Shown here one piece after another: positions 49,832 through 58,202 of a stretch of DNA of 64,000 nucleotides (its first letter is position 1; every line of letters begins with the position of its first letter). Under the pieces are notes generated by a model. The model had not been told where the DNA came from, did no database searches, and saw only the letters and a list, made by a program, of their open reading frames with translations. This stretch comes from Candidatus Omnitrophota bacterium (GTDB lineage: Bacteria > Omnitrophota > Gorgyraeia > 2-02-FULL-51-18 > JAGOUK01). The stretch covers positions 179-64,178 of the forward strand of contig JBLINS010000001.1 in the NCBI GenBank assembly GCA_047639455.1. The letters run 5' to 3'. Both the position numbers and the translations under genes were made by a program.

Positions 49832-50760
49832 ACTCGCCCAACCTCAAAGCTGATCCCACTGGACTTAGCAACTCCAAAACGCTCTGTGTGAATTCTATTA
49901 TTACGCTCAACTCGTATAAGCGATTTGTCGCGGGGATCATTATTGGAAAAAGCACGCTCTGATAGGTTTAGTGGTTTGAACGCATCTTGATCAAGGTGGA
50001 GTTCGAATGTTATATCAACACCCCATTCAATGTCTTCGATTTTGTTATTGTCTTTAATATATAGATTAATAATTGTATTTTTTAAAGGTTGAATTTCTAT
50101 TCGGCTCGTCCAGCCATATAGATTATCTTCAGCAATTTTATAATCATAAATTTCACCACCACCAAAAATCTTGATCCAAGGCACATGGGGTATAGGCATG
50201 CCAAATTCAAAGTCAAAACCATTAACCGCCTTTTCATAAAGCACGCTGAGTTCAGTTTCTTCAATGCGCCGTCTTGGGCTGAGGCGTATATAGCTATTCA
50301 TGCGGATGTCGTAATTGGATCCCAAAACCTCTGACCCAAAACCAATTCTCGCATGCCCTGGATCGCGCTGATAGTCACCAAAGACATTGAATCCTATTAA
50401 TGCGTTTAATGATTCAATATACCGTCTATAACCTGTGCCAATATTGTAGACATCATCATCAGTTCCATTGTAGCTAACTCTGGATTGTAAAAAGAGAGTT
50501 TGATTGCGCAATTCATCTTGTTGCAATGCATAAACGGATTGTAGGTAGAATTGAGGTTTTAAGCTTTCTTCAAAGCTTAAGCCATAGTCTATTTGACCTA
50601 GAGGACCACTAATTTTTTTAGGCAGAGGATTTAGAATCCATGTCGCAGCTTGTGTTAGATTTGATTGTATGTCTTGGGTAGTAATATCATTCACCTCAGC
50701 CGCATAAGTAGATGCAGAAAAAATGAAGATAGAGATTAACGCAATTAATTGTTTGGCCAT
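49828..50760 (-). CDS. putative outer-membrane beta-barrel protein
   Basis: Signal peptide. Alternating amphipathic strands and frequent Y/G/N/D turns. Loose resemblance to MipA/OmpV or inverse-autotransporter beta domains. Confidence 0.45.
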   Translation of the reverse strand: MAKQLIALISIFIFSASTYAAEVNDITTQDIQSNLTQAATWILNPLPKKISGPLGQIDYGLSFEESLKPQFYLQSVYALQQDELRNQTLFLQSRVSYNGTDDDVYNIGTGYRRYIESLNALIGFNVFGDYQRDPGHARIGFGSEVLGSNYDIRMNSYIRLSPRRRIEETELSVLYEKAVNGFDFEFGMPIPHVPWIKIFGGGEIYDYKIAEDNLYGWTSRIEIQPLKNTIINLYIKDNNKIEDIEWGVDITFELHLDQDAFKPLNLSERAFSNNDPRDKSLIRVERNNRIHTERFGVAKSSGISFEVGRV

Positions 50761-50822
50761 GACTTACGTTAATTATAACAGTAAATAACTGATACCGCAT
50801 TTTAAAGTAGTAGAATGTTCAA

Positions 50823-52094
50823 ATGCATAATCGAATGAATATGAATTTGGTTTATTTAGCTATTATTCCGTTATTGGGGTTAATGGGGATGCTATGGGTT
50901 GTGGGTCCGTATCAATTGGGTTTGACTGAGGACTCATTGCGTTATATGTCTATAGCTGAGCATGTTGCCGCGGGGAAGGGTGTAGCGATATTTAATCGCA
51001 CGACGGGTGGAGTGTCGATGCCTGTTGTGAACTTTCAGCCATTTTTCTCGCACCTATTAGCGGTGTTTAGATTATGCGGAGTGGGCTTACAGGCGGGCTC
51101 CTTGTACTTAGTGTCAGGTATATTTTTTGCTAATCTATTTATGGCGGGTTTACTTGTTTTATTAGCTACGCGGAGTTTGGGGGCGGGGTTTGTGATTCAA
51201 ATCATGCTCTTATTGGATAGACGTATATTCATGCACCATATTTATGTTTTGACTGAGTCTTTATTTGTGCTTTGGATTCAGATAAGTGTTTTTTGCATAT
51301 GGAAATACTTTAAGCATGCGTCTAAGAAGTGGTTGTTTTTGACCTACTTGGCCTTAATTTGTATGAGTTTTACGCGTTATGCGGCTACTAGTTATGTCTT
51401 TGGCTTTGGCTTATGTTTATTATTGTGGGACAAAAATAACTTCGGGACCCGCTGTAAAAAGATCATCCTTGGTACGGGCTTAGCTTTATTGCCACTAGGC
51501 GTTTGGTTTGGACAGCATTTTTTAAAAACGGGCAAAGCTTTTGAAAGAGGTGTTGGCGGCACACATGATATGAGCCAATTCGAGCCTTTGTCTGTGGCGC
51601 AAAGTGTTTTTAAGAATGTATGCAATTACGTTATTGAAATTGGCTGGCTACCAGCCTGGCCGGCAACTACCTATATTGCAGGGATTGTCTTATTAGGAGT
51701 TGGCTGCTTACTCATGATTAAAAGGTTTAAGCATCGCGACAATCCTATTTCTATTGAAGAAATCTTATACTTATTAACCGCTAATTACATTGTTTTTCTA
51801 ATCATGCTCTGGTCGTGGAGGCATGTCACATTCATGCCAGACCCTTATCGCTTTTTGATGCCTGCTTATTATTCCATATGGATAATACTCCTAATCGTGA
51901 TTTGGAATATAACCCAAAAATGGCCTATTATTTATCGTGGCGCATTGTTAATGCTTTTATTAGCCTGCTTAAGCCCCCAAGTGCCAAATACCATTGAATG
52001 GGCGCAAGCGGGCCACAAAACCGGCCTCTACGGAATGCCCGGCCAATTCTCCTGGCGCTTCGCCAACAGCCTCACCTGGCTCCCTCCACAATAG
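50823..52094 (+). CDS. polytopic membrane protein, GT-C glycosyltransferase-like (third copy)
   Basis: 423 aa, about 11 TM. The first loop LTEDSLRYMSIAEHV resembles the DExRYAEI motif of ArnT/PMT-type enzymes. Confidence 0.4.
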   Translation: MHNRMNMNLVYLAIIPLLGLMGMLWVVGPYQLGLTEDSLRYMSIAEHVAAGKGVAIFNRTTGGVSMPVVNFQPFFSHLLAVFRLCGVGLQAGSLYLVSGIFFANLFMAGLLVLLATRSLGAGFVIQIMLLLDRRIFMHHIYVLTESLFVLWIQISVFCIWKYFKHASKKWLFLTYLALICMSFTRYAATSYVFGFGLCLLLWDKNNFGTRCKKIILGTGLALLPLGVWFGQHFLKTGKAFERGVGGTHDMSQFEPLSVAQSVFKNVCNYVIEIGWLPAWPATTYIAGIVLLGVGCLLMIKRFKHRDNPISIEEILYLLTANYIVFLIMLWSWRHVTFMPDPYRFLMPAYYSIWIILLIVIWNITQKWPIIYRGALLMLLLACLSPQVPNTIEWAQAGHKTGLYGMPGQFSWRFANSLTWLPPQ

Positions 52095-52188
52095 CAAAGA
52101 GTAGACGCCGGATTTCCCCCATAACCCCTTATTGATTGACCCCAAAACACTCCAATGCTAAAATTACCGCTCTTACACACAACTTTAA

Positions 52189-52262
52189 TGCCTGATGGTG
52201 TAATGGTAACACACGGCCCTTTGGAGGCTGTATTCTAGGTTCGAGCCCTAGTCGGGCAACCA
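52189..52262 (+). tRNA. tRNA-Gln (anticodon TTG), CCA encoded
   Basis: Acceptor TGCCTGA/TCGGGCA (U1:A72). D arm GTG-taatggtaa-CAC. Anticodon arm CGGCC-cuUUGga-GGCTG. T arm CTAGG-TTCGAGC-CCTAG. Discriminator A followed by CCA. Confidence 0.8.
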
Positions 52263-52277
52263 CTTACAAACGGCCAG

Positions 52278-52640
52278 TCAAATTTGACTGGCCGTTTGTA
52301 ATTTGGATTGTGCCCAACAGGACGTAAAAAGTCCTGTCTCGGCCGGTTCCCTTCTAGGGGCCTCACTGACTCGGCCCGCTCGTAGCATGGGCTCTTTATT
52401 CATCGCCCACTCGCTACCAGCATTTGGTGTCCTGATTGGGAAATCAGGCACCAGCACAACCAAATTAAAATAATGGGCTGTGCCCCAAATAAGGGGGTAG
52501 GTTCTGAAATGGTAATATGTGTTTATTAGCACAAGACCGAGCCAGACTTGTGAGTCAAATTTGACTGGCTGTTTGTAATTTGGATTGTGCCCAACAGGAC
52601 GTAAAACGTCCTGTCTCGGCCGGTTCTCTTTTGGTTCACC
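52278..52640. repeat. two approximately 90-bp direct repeats (52278-52365, 52553-52640) flanking a 187-bp palindrome-rich spacer
   Basis: Unit tcaaatttgactggcYgtttgtaatttggattgtgcccaacaggacgtaaaaMgtcctgtctcggccggttc. Each unit has a perfect CGGCCAGTCAAATTTGACTGGCCG palindrome. Confidence 0.8.
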
Positions 52641-52708
52641 AGCATAAAGAGATTGGTGTATGCTGGGGTTAAAGAAGACCATATTAAATACTTTGAGGGT
52701 GGAAATTA

Positions 52709-53170
52709 TTGATGAATGAATTTGCTAGAGGATGGAATAAGTGGAATAAACGACCTTGGGGTAGGCAATTATTCAGTTTGAATTTGGGTTGTCGTATTCC
52801 TTACACAGGTAGTATTCAGGCTATGATATTGGAGATGCGATCTGGGTACGCGCGGATTCAAATGCAGGATAGGAAGTCTATACGTAATCATTTGGACTGC
52901 ATCCATGCAATTGCTTTGACTAACTTGGGTGAATTAGCAACAGGCATGGCTTTGCAAATGGGATTACCTGAATCACATAGATGCATAGCCACGCATATAG
53001 ACATTGATTTTTTAGCTAAAGCTAGAGGTGCTTTGATTGCCGAATGTGATTTTGAATTACCACTAGTTTGGGATCCTGTCACTTTGCCCATGCGGTCTAT
53101 TATTCGTAATAGCGAGAATGTAGACGTCGCCATTGTCACAACACATTGGCAAATCGATAAACGTAAATGA
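52709..53170 (+). CDS. hotdog-fold thioesterase-like protein (DUF4442/YiiD_C-like)
   Basis: 153 aa. Pattern consistent with PaaI/DUF4442 hotdog proteins. Confidence 0.45.
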   Translation: MMNEFARGWNKWNKRPWGRQLFSLNLGCRIPYTGSIQAMILEMRSGYARIQMQDRKSIRNHLDCIHAIALTNLGELATGMALQMGLPESHRCIATHIDIDFLAKARGALIAECDFELPLVWDPVTLPMRSIIRNSENVDVAIVTTHWQIDKRK

Positions 53171-54132
53171 TCAAAGACCGTACGCATTTAGAAAATTATA
53201 TTGGGCTTGAATCTTTTGAAAGTGAATTGAGACCTTTAATAGAAGCTGCCTGGAATGTTGAGGCAAATGGCCATATTCCTTTGTGGCTTGACGCCCTCAA
53301 CAACTTACCGCAAGTATTGCCTAGCTCATTTGACTTAAGCTCTAATGCCATACGTATTGGACATGCGAATGATATTGATACGGAACAAAATCAAGATTTG
53401 CTCAAATCTTTACGAACAATAATGCCCTGGCGCAAAGGTCCTTATGATTTTTTTGGCAACGAAATAGACACAGAGTGGCGCTGTTGGGTGAAATGGGATC
53501 GATTAAAGAACGCTTTGCCATCACTACAAGGTAAACGCATTATTGATATTGGGTGTGGGAATGGTTATTTTTTGTGGCGTCTTATGGGTGAGGGTGCAGC
53601 AAGTGCTTTGGGCATTGAGCGGCATATTCTTTATCAGACACAATTATTAATGGTGCAACATTATTTAAAGCATAATGACGTTAATTTATTACCAATTACT
53701 TTGGAGCAAATCCCTCAGAATTTTGACACCTTTGATATGGTGCTTTCTATGGGCGTTCTTTATCATGCCAAAGATCCTATTGAGCATTTGGAGCGTCTTA
53801 AAAGACTGTGTCATAAGGGCTCCACGCTAGTTTTAGAAACTTTGATGATTGATGAGCCGGGCGATGCGTGTTTAAGGCCCGAGGGACGTTATGCCAAGAT
53901 GCGGAACGTATATACAATACCATCGCTGCTTTTGTGTGAATCGTGGCTAGCCAAAGTTGGCTTTAAGAACATAGCATTAGTCGATGTGAATCAAACCTCT
54001 TTTGAAGAGCAGCGCATGACCGAGTGGATGGACTACGAATCTTTGCCACAATTTTTGTATCCAACTGATGTGAATCGAACCATAGAGGGGTATCCCGCTC
54101 CTAAAAGAGCTATGTTCATTTGTGAAGTATGA
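53167..54132 (+). CDS. cmoB: tRNA U34 carboxymethyltransferase
   Basis: Near-collinear with E. coli CmoB (MPWRKGP, DTEWR..WKWDR, D.GCGNGY, SMGVLYH, EGYPAPKRA). cmoA is not adjacent. Confidence 0.85.
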   Translation: MIKDRTHLENYIGLESFESELRPLIEAAWNVEANGHIPLWLDALNNLPQVLPSSFDLSSNAIRIGHANDIDTEQNQDLLKSLRTIMPWRKGPYDFFGNEIDTEWRCWVKWDRLKNALPSLQGKRIIDIGCGNGYFLWRLMGEGAASALGIERHILYQTQLLMVQHYLKHNDVNLLPITLEQIPQNFDTFDMVLSMGVLYHAKDPIEHLERLKRLCHKGSTLVLETLMIDEPGDACLRPEGRYAKMRNVYTIPSLLLCESWLAKVGFKNIALVDVNQTSFEEQRMTEWMDYESLPQFLYPTDVNRTIEGYPAPKRAMFICEV

Positions 54133-54134
54133 TA

Positions 54135-54200
54135 TGAGATGGCCACGCCTGCCGCGCTTGCCTGCCGAGAGGCAGGCGACTCGCCATGACGGGGCTGGGG
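54135..54200. repeat. dispersed palindromic repeat (GCCTGCC...GGCAGGC module plus family B motif)
   Basis: ccacgcctgccgcgcttgcctgccgagaggcaggcgactcgccatgacgggg; compare 8573-8640. Confidence 0.6.
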
Positions 54201-54259
54201 GCAATGTGTGATAAAATTGCTGATTAATTTACGCGCGGGTTGACTTGGGGGAATGAGAA

Positions 54260-54649
54260 ATGAAGAAAATATTTGGTTTAGTATTAATGATCGCAGTTGT
54301 AGGTGTTAGCGTTCCAAGTGTTGTTTGTGCTGAAGCGCCAGGATGGGCTGCAAAGGCCAAAGCTGACGCTAAAGGCAAAATGGGCAATGTTAAAAAGGCT
54401 GCCAAAAAAATGGCTAAAAAAGAGTTTAAGAATGTTCGAAAAGAAGCCAAGGTTCAATTCAAAGCTGCCAAACAATCTGCTAAATCCGCGTTTGCTCAAG
54501 CTAAAGTAGCCGCTAAGCAATTAGACGGTGAAGCGCGTAAAGCTGCAATGAAACAAGCTAAAGTTGTTAAAAATAGGGCTGTAGGCAAAGCTAAAGAAAT
54601 GAAGTCCAAAGCCGTTCAAAGAGCTAAAGACGCTATTAATAAAATGTAA
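54260..54649 (+). CDS. secreted Lys/Ala-rich low-complexity protein
   Basis: Signal peptide, then about 100 aa of AKxAxK-type repeats. Histone H1/LEA-like composition. Confidence 0.5.
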   Translation: MKKIFGLVLMIAVVGVSVPSVVCAEAPGWAAKAKADAKGKMGNVKKAAKKMAKKEFKNVRKEAKVQFKAAKQSAKSAFAQAKVAAKQLDGEARKAAMKQAKVVKNRAVGKAKEMKSKAVQRAKDAINKM

Positions 54650-54654
54650 TTAGA

Positions 54655-54785
54655 TTGTCATCCCCGCGGAGGCGGGGATCTAACAATTATTGCGTAGTGC
54701 AGGTTCTGGATCCCCGCCTTCGAGGGGATGACATTGTTCGCGGGGATGACATTGTTCGCGGGGATGACAAGAGTTTGATTTTGGG
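54655..54785. repeat. GGGGATGAC/GTCATCCCC palindromic and 18-bp tandem repeat array
   Basis: atccccgc-gga-gcggggat hairpin plus cgaggggatgacattgtt / cgcggggatgacattgtt / cgcggggatgac. This accounts for the spurious N-terminus of ORF 54655. Confidence 0.8.
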
Positions 54786-54798
54786 ATACAATTCGCAT

Positions 54799-55296
54799 AT
54801 GAATAAATATACGATTATTGGCATATTGGCCATTGGTTTTTTGAGTCGCTTGATTCCACATATGTGGAATTTTACGCCTGTATTGGCATTGGCATTGTTT
54901 GCCGGCATTCATTTGCCTAAGAAGCAAATGTTCTTAGTGCCTCTAGCGCTAATGTTCATGTCCGATATATTTTTGGGCATATATCCCGGAATACTTTTTA
55001 CCTGGGTGGCTGTACTCGGAAGCGTGTGCGTTGGTTTATTGCTGCGCGAGAATCGTACTTTATTAAAATTAACCTTGGGCGGCTTCGGCGCGGCCCTTGT
55101 ATTCTTCTTTATTTCAAATCTCGGTGTTTGGGTGTTTCAATATCCCAAGACAGTTACCGGTTTATCTAATTGCTATATGATGGCGATACCATTTTTTAGA
55201 AATACTTTATTCAGCACGATTTGCTATAGCATCGTTTTGGTTGGCGGTTATGATTGGGTTCTTAATCGTATTGTGGTTCGTCAGGTAGCTAAATAG
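54799..55296 (+). CDS. small polytopic membrane protein (5 TM), possible substrate-capture / ECF-S-like transporter component
   Basis: Start at MNKYTIIG. Hydrophobic throughout. Lies immediately upstream of the B12 riboswitch-btuB unit. Confidence 0.4.
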   Translation: MNKYTIIGILAIGFLSRLIPHMWNFTPVLALALFAGIHLPKKQMFLVPLALMFMSDIFLGIYPGILFTWVAVLGSVCVGLLLRENRTLLKLTLGGFGAALVFFFISNLGVWVFQYPKTVTGLSNCYMMAIPFFRNTLFSTICYSIVLVGGYDWVLNRIVVRQVAK

Positions 55297-55374
55297 TTTT
55301 TAAGCATTAAAATAGTTCTTTAATAAATTAAATATATTTTGGCACCTAGCTTATTTGTATTCGTTGATAAGTGA

Positions 55375-55550
55375 GGTTTAATGAGGGAATTGGGTGAGAA
55401 TCCCAGACGGTCCCGCCACGGTAAGGTTATTACAACCAAGTCCGAATACCACCAAAATATGAAGTGATCATGATTCACGCAAGATGAGCATGATTGTAGT
55501 CGAGACCAAGATTAACGGGTATGCTCTCCAGAGCATACCCGTTTTTTTGT
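55375..55550 (+). promoter_or_regulatory. cobalamin (B12) riboswitch with terminator expression platform
   Basis: GGGAAuuGGGUGagAAUCCC ... CCCGCCACgGUAA ... AAGUCCGAAUACC core. Followed by the hairpin AACGGGTATGCTCTCCAGAGCATACCCGTT plus T7, upstream of a TonB-dependent receptor. Confidence 0.75.
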
Positions 55551-55573
55551 ATGGAAAAAGTGAGTGTTACATA

Positions 55574-57598
55574 ATGAAAAAAAGAAAAAGAATTATAGTT
55601 GGTGTGCTAATCGGGCAATTATTTTGTGCCCATATTTTGAGAGCAGAAATGACTTTTGAACCATCGAAAGTGGTTGTGGATGAGCGAGTTGATAAGGTGA
55701 TCGTTACAGGCACACGCATTGCCAATTATGCTTATGAATTGACTGGGGACATGACTGTGATAGATGCTGAACAAATTTCGGCATCTGGAGCTCATAGCGT
55801 AGCCGATGTATTGGAGCAAGTCGCCGGAGTGAATGTTTACGATCGGAGCACGCCTAAGACGTCCATTGTCGATATACGTGGGTTTGGAGATGCATCTGTG
55901 AGCAATGTCCTCATTCTTGTGAATGATCGGAAGCTCAATTCAGTTGATTTGTCAGGGCCAGACCTGATTCAAATACCCATAGAAGCTGTTGAGCGCATAG
56001 AAATACTTAGAGGGGCTGGTAGTGTTTTGTATGGTGACAATGCTGTTGCTGGCGTTATCAATATCATCACCAAAAAAGGTTCTGGAGATTTGGCTATTGA
56101 ATGGACAAATCAATACGGTAGTTATGATCGCTACAAATCCTCAGGTCAAATTTCGGGTCAAGTAGATGCATTGGGGTATTATGCCTATATGAGTTATGAC
56201 GATTACAAGGGTTATAGAGATCGAAGTGATGTATTGGCACGAAATTTTAATTCACGATTCACCTATGAATGGGGTGATCGCGTTGACGTTGATATTGAAA
56301 TAGGCGGACATAATGATTCAACTAAATTACCTGGTGGTTTAGATGAAGCTGAACTTGTAGGGTTTGGGCGAAGGGGTGCCGCCGATACTAACTTCTCCAA
56401 AACCGAAGACTTTTTTACGCGTTTAGGCGTGGATATAGCTATAGGCCCTGAAGCTGGGCAATGGGGTAGTTTTGTTTTTGATTTGACTTATAAGGATAGG
56501 GATGTTCTCGATTCGTTCTTTGGCACATTTAATTCTAATCGAACTATAAAGCAATGGGGTTTATTGTCTAAGTATGTGTTTGATCACGAATTATTTGGTA
56601 AGGATATAGATTTTGTATTAGGTTTTGATTTATATGATACGGATAATGATATCCTTGGCAGTGGCACAAATTCAGACGATATCACGATATCCAAAAGTGA
56701 AATCGGCTTTTATGGATTCCTAGAATTCGAAACATTAGATAATTTGTATTTGAATTTGGGATCGCGCTATCAAGAAGCAGAGTATGACTTTGATGATAGA
56801 GGTAGCTCTGAATTCACATCCCAAAACCCGGATGAATGGTCCTCACTTGTAGGGATGAAGTATATGTTGGCGCCAGGATCGAATATTTTCCTTAACTATC
56901 AGAAGACCTTTAGGTTTTTGGCAACGGATGAATGGTATAGCACTTTTTCGGGGCTTAATACGACACTCAAACAACAAACAGGTGAACAGTTTGAATTTGG
57001 GATTAAGTACAGTCTTAATGAATGGGCTGAAGGTAGTGTCACGCCCTATCGTATGGATATCACGGATGAAATCTATTTTGATCCGAGCACATTTGTGAAT
57101 GATAATTACGAACAGACTCGTCGTGATGGAATAGAATACGCGCTTAATTTGAATCTATTAGAATTCATAGATTCTAAATCTGTGAATAAGTTAGACTTGC
57201 GTTTAGCCTATGCCTATCAAGATCCTGAGTTTAGAGGTGGGGTGAGTGACGGTAATGTTATTCCATTAGTGCCCAAACATTTATTTACGCAACAAATTGT
57301 GCTTAAATGCTGGGACAACTTCCTATTCTCATTACAAGGACGTCATGTGGGTGATAGGGTGATAGGAAATGATTTGGATAATAATAAGGCTAAGGCAAGG
57401 GATTATTATATTGCTGATGCACGTTTTGCCTATCAACAAAAGAATGTGGAGATATTCATTGAATTAAATAATCTCTTTGATACCAAGTATAATACTTATG
57501 AGATTGAGAAAACTGTAATCGCGAATACAGGCATCACACGTGACGTTTATCCAGCTGAAGAGTTTAATATGAACTTTGGAGTCAAGGTTAAGTTTTAG
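55574..57598 (+). CDS. btuB: TonB-dependent outer-membrane receptor (BtuB-like, B12 uptake)
   Basis: Signal peptide, TonB box DKVIVTGTR, plug plus a 22-strand barrel, and a C-terminal Phe. Riboswitch-controlled. The ORF-track start 55484 lies inside the riboswitch. Confidence 0.8.
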   Translation: MKKRKRIIVGVLIGQLFCAHILRAEMTFEPSKVVVDERVDKVIVTGTRIANYAYELTGDMTVIDAEQISASGAHSVADVLEQVAGVNVYDRSTPKTSIVDIRGFGDASVSNVLILVNDRKLNSVDLSGPDLIQIPIEAVERIEILRGAGSVLYGDNAVAGVINIITKKGSGDLAIEWTNQYGSYDRYKSSGQISGQVDALGYYAYMSYDDYKGYRDRSDVLARNFNSRFTYEWGDRVDVDIEIGGHNDSTKLPGGLDEAELVGFGRRGAADTNFSKTEDFFTRLGVDIAIGPEAGQWGSFVFDLTYKDRDVLDSFFGTFNSNRTIKQWGLLSKYVFDHELFGKDIDFVLGFDLYDTDNDILGSGTNSDDITISKSEIGFYGFLEFETLDNLYLNLGSRYQEAEYDFDDRGSSEFTSQNPDEWSSLVGMKYMLAPGSNIFLNYQKTFRFLATDEWYSTFSGLNTTLKQQTGEQFEFGIKYSLNEWAEGSVTPYRMDITDEIYFDPSTFVNDNYEQTRRDGIEYALNLNLLEFIDSKSVNKLDLRLAYAYQDPEFRGGVSDGNVIPLVPKHLFTQQIVLKCWDNFLFSLQGRHVGDRVIGNDLDNNKAKARDYYIADARFAYQQKNVEIFIELNNLFDTKYNTYEIEKTVIANTGITRDVYPAEEFNMNFGVKVKF

Positions 57599-57611
57599 AA
57601 TGGTTTAATTT

Positions 57612-57950
57612 ATGTGGAAAAAACAAAACCAACATCCGAATTGCAAAGAAATCAATTGCCCTCCTCATAATCCGATTAAGGATTATGAGGAGGATCCGGG
57701 TTGTTATGTATTAATCCGAATTGACATGCAAAAAAAGAATATCGAAATAGCTCTATGTAATTACGAGCATAAAATCACGCATATCTTCATTGGCAAAACA
57801 GCCCAATCTATTTACCACACTCTATTCGAATCTGAAAAGCAAGAGCCTCAAGCTTGGTTCACCAATAAAGAGCATATAGCCTATTTAGGTAAAGAACTTA
57901 AAAAAGCTGAAGTTGCTTTAGCTGGTAATACTGAATATATACAGGAATAA
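57612..57950 (+). CDS. hypothetical protein (112 aa)
   Basis: Follows btuB by 13 nt. CKEINCPPH motif. No known domain. Confidence 0.4.
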   Translation: MWKKQNQHPNCKEINCPPHNPIKDYEEDPGCYVLIRIDMQKKNIEIALCNYEHKITHIFIGKTAQSIYHTLFESEKQEPQAWFTNKEHIAYLGKELKKAEVALAGNTEYIQE

Positions 57951-58039
57951 TTGAGAAGGTCTGATTTTAGGTGTCCAAAATATATGGATGACTCATTTTC
58001 AAGATTGTCATTGTGAGACACTCTAATAAATTATAATGG

Positions 58040-58145
58040 GTGTCGTAACAATCTCACAGCAAAAGTCTTTTAATTGGTTATTTGCATTGAGTCTGAAAGC
58101 ATTCTGGGAGATCCTTACGCCAAAAGCGGCTCAGGATGACAGTCT
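58040..58145. repeat. MITE/REP-like dispersed repeat, family A copy
   Basis: gtcgtaacaatctcacagcaaaagtc...aaagcattctgggagatccttacg...ctcaggatgac. Confidence 0.7.
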
Positions 58146-58202
58146 CAAAATTAGTTTCAAATATTTTTTAGACACACAAAAGTGACAGTTGCGTAGCTTT
58201 AC

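Noticed and set aside
48000-52100. Prophage or integrative element at tRNA-Gln
   Set aside because: No integrase, recombinase, transposase or phage structural genes. The tRNA 3' end is not duplicated. I kept it only as a possible surface-protein islet.
52278-52682. ORF 52278..52682(-) 134 aa
   Set aside because: Entirely composed of the two 90-bp direct repeats and the palindromic spacer next to tRNA-Gln. No RBS and an odd composition.
54700-54785. Possible CRISPR or coding RGDDIV repeat at the N-terminus of ORF 54655
   Set aside because: These are 18-bp contiguous tandem units with no spacers. The peptide repeat they give is a translation artefact upstream of the real start at 54799.
55484-55573. 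N-terminal 30 codons of ORF 55484..57598
   Set aside because: They cover the cobalamin riboswitch and its terminator. The real btuB start is the ATG at 55574, which is followed by a signal peptide.
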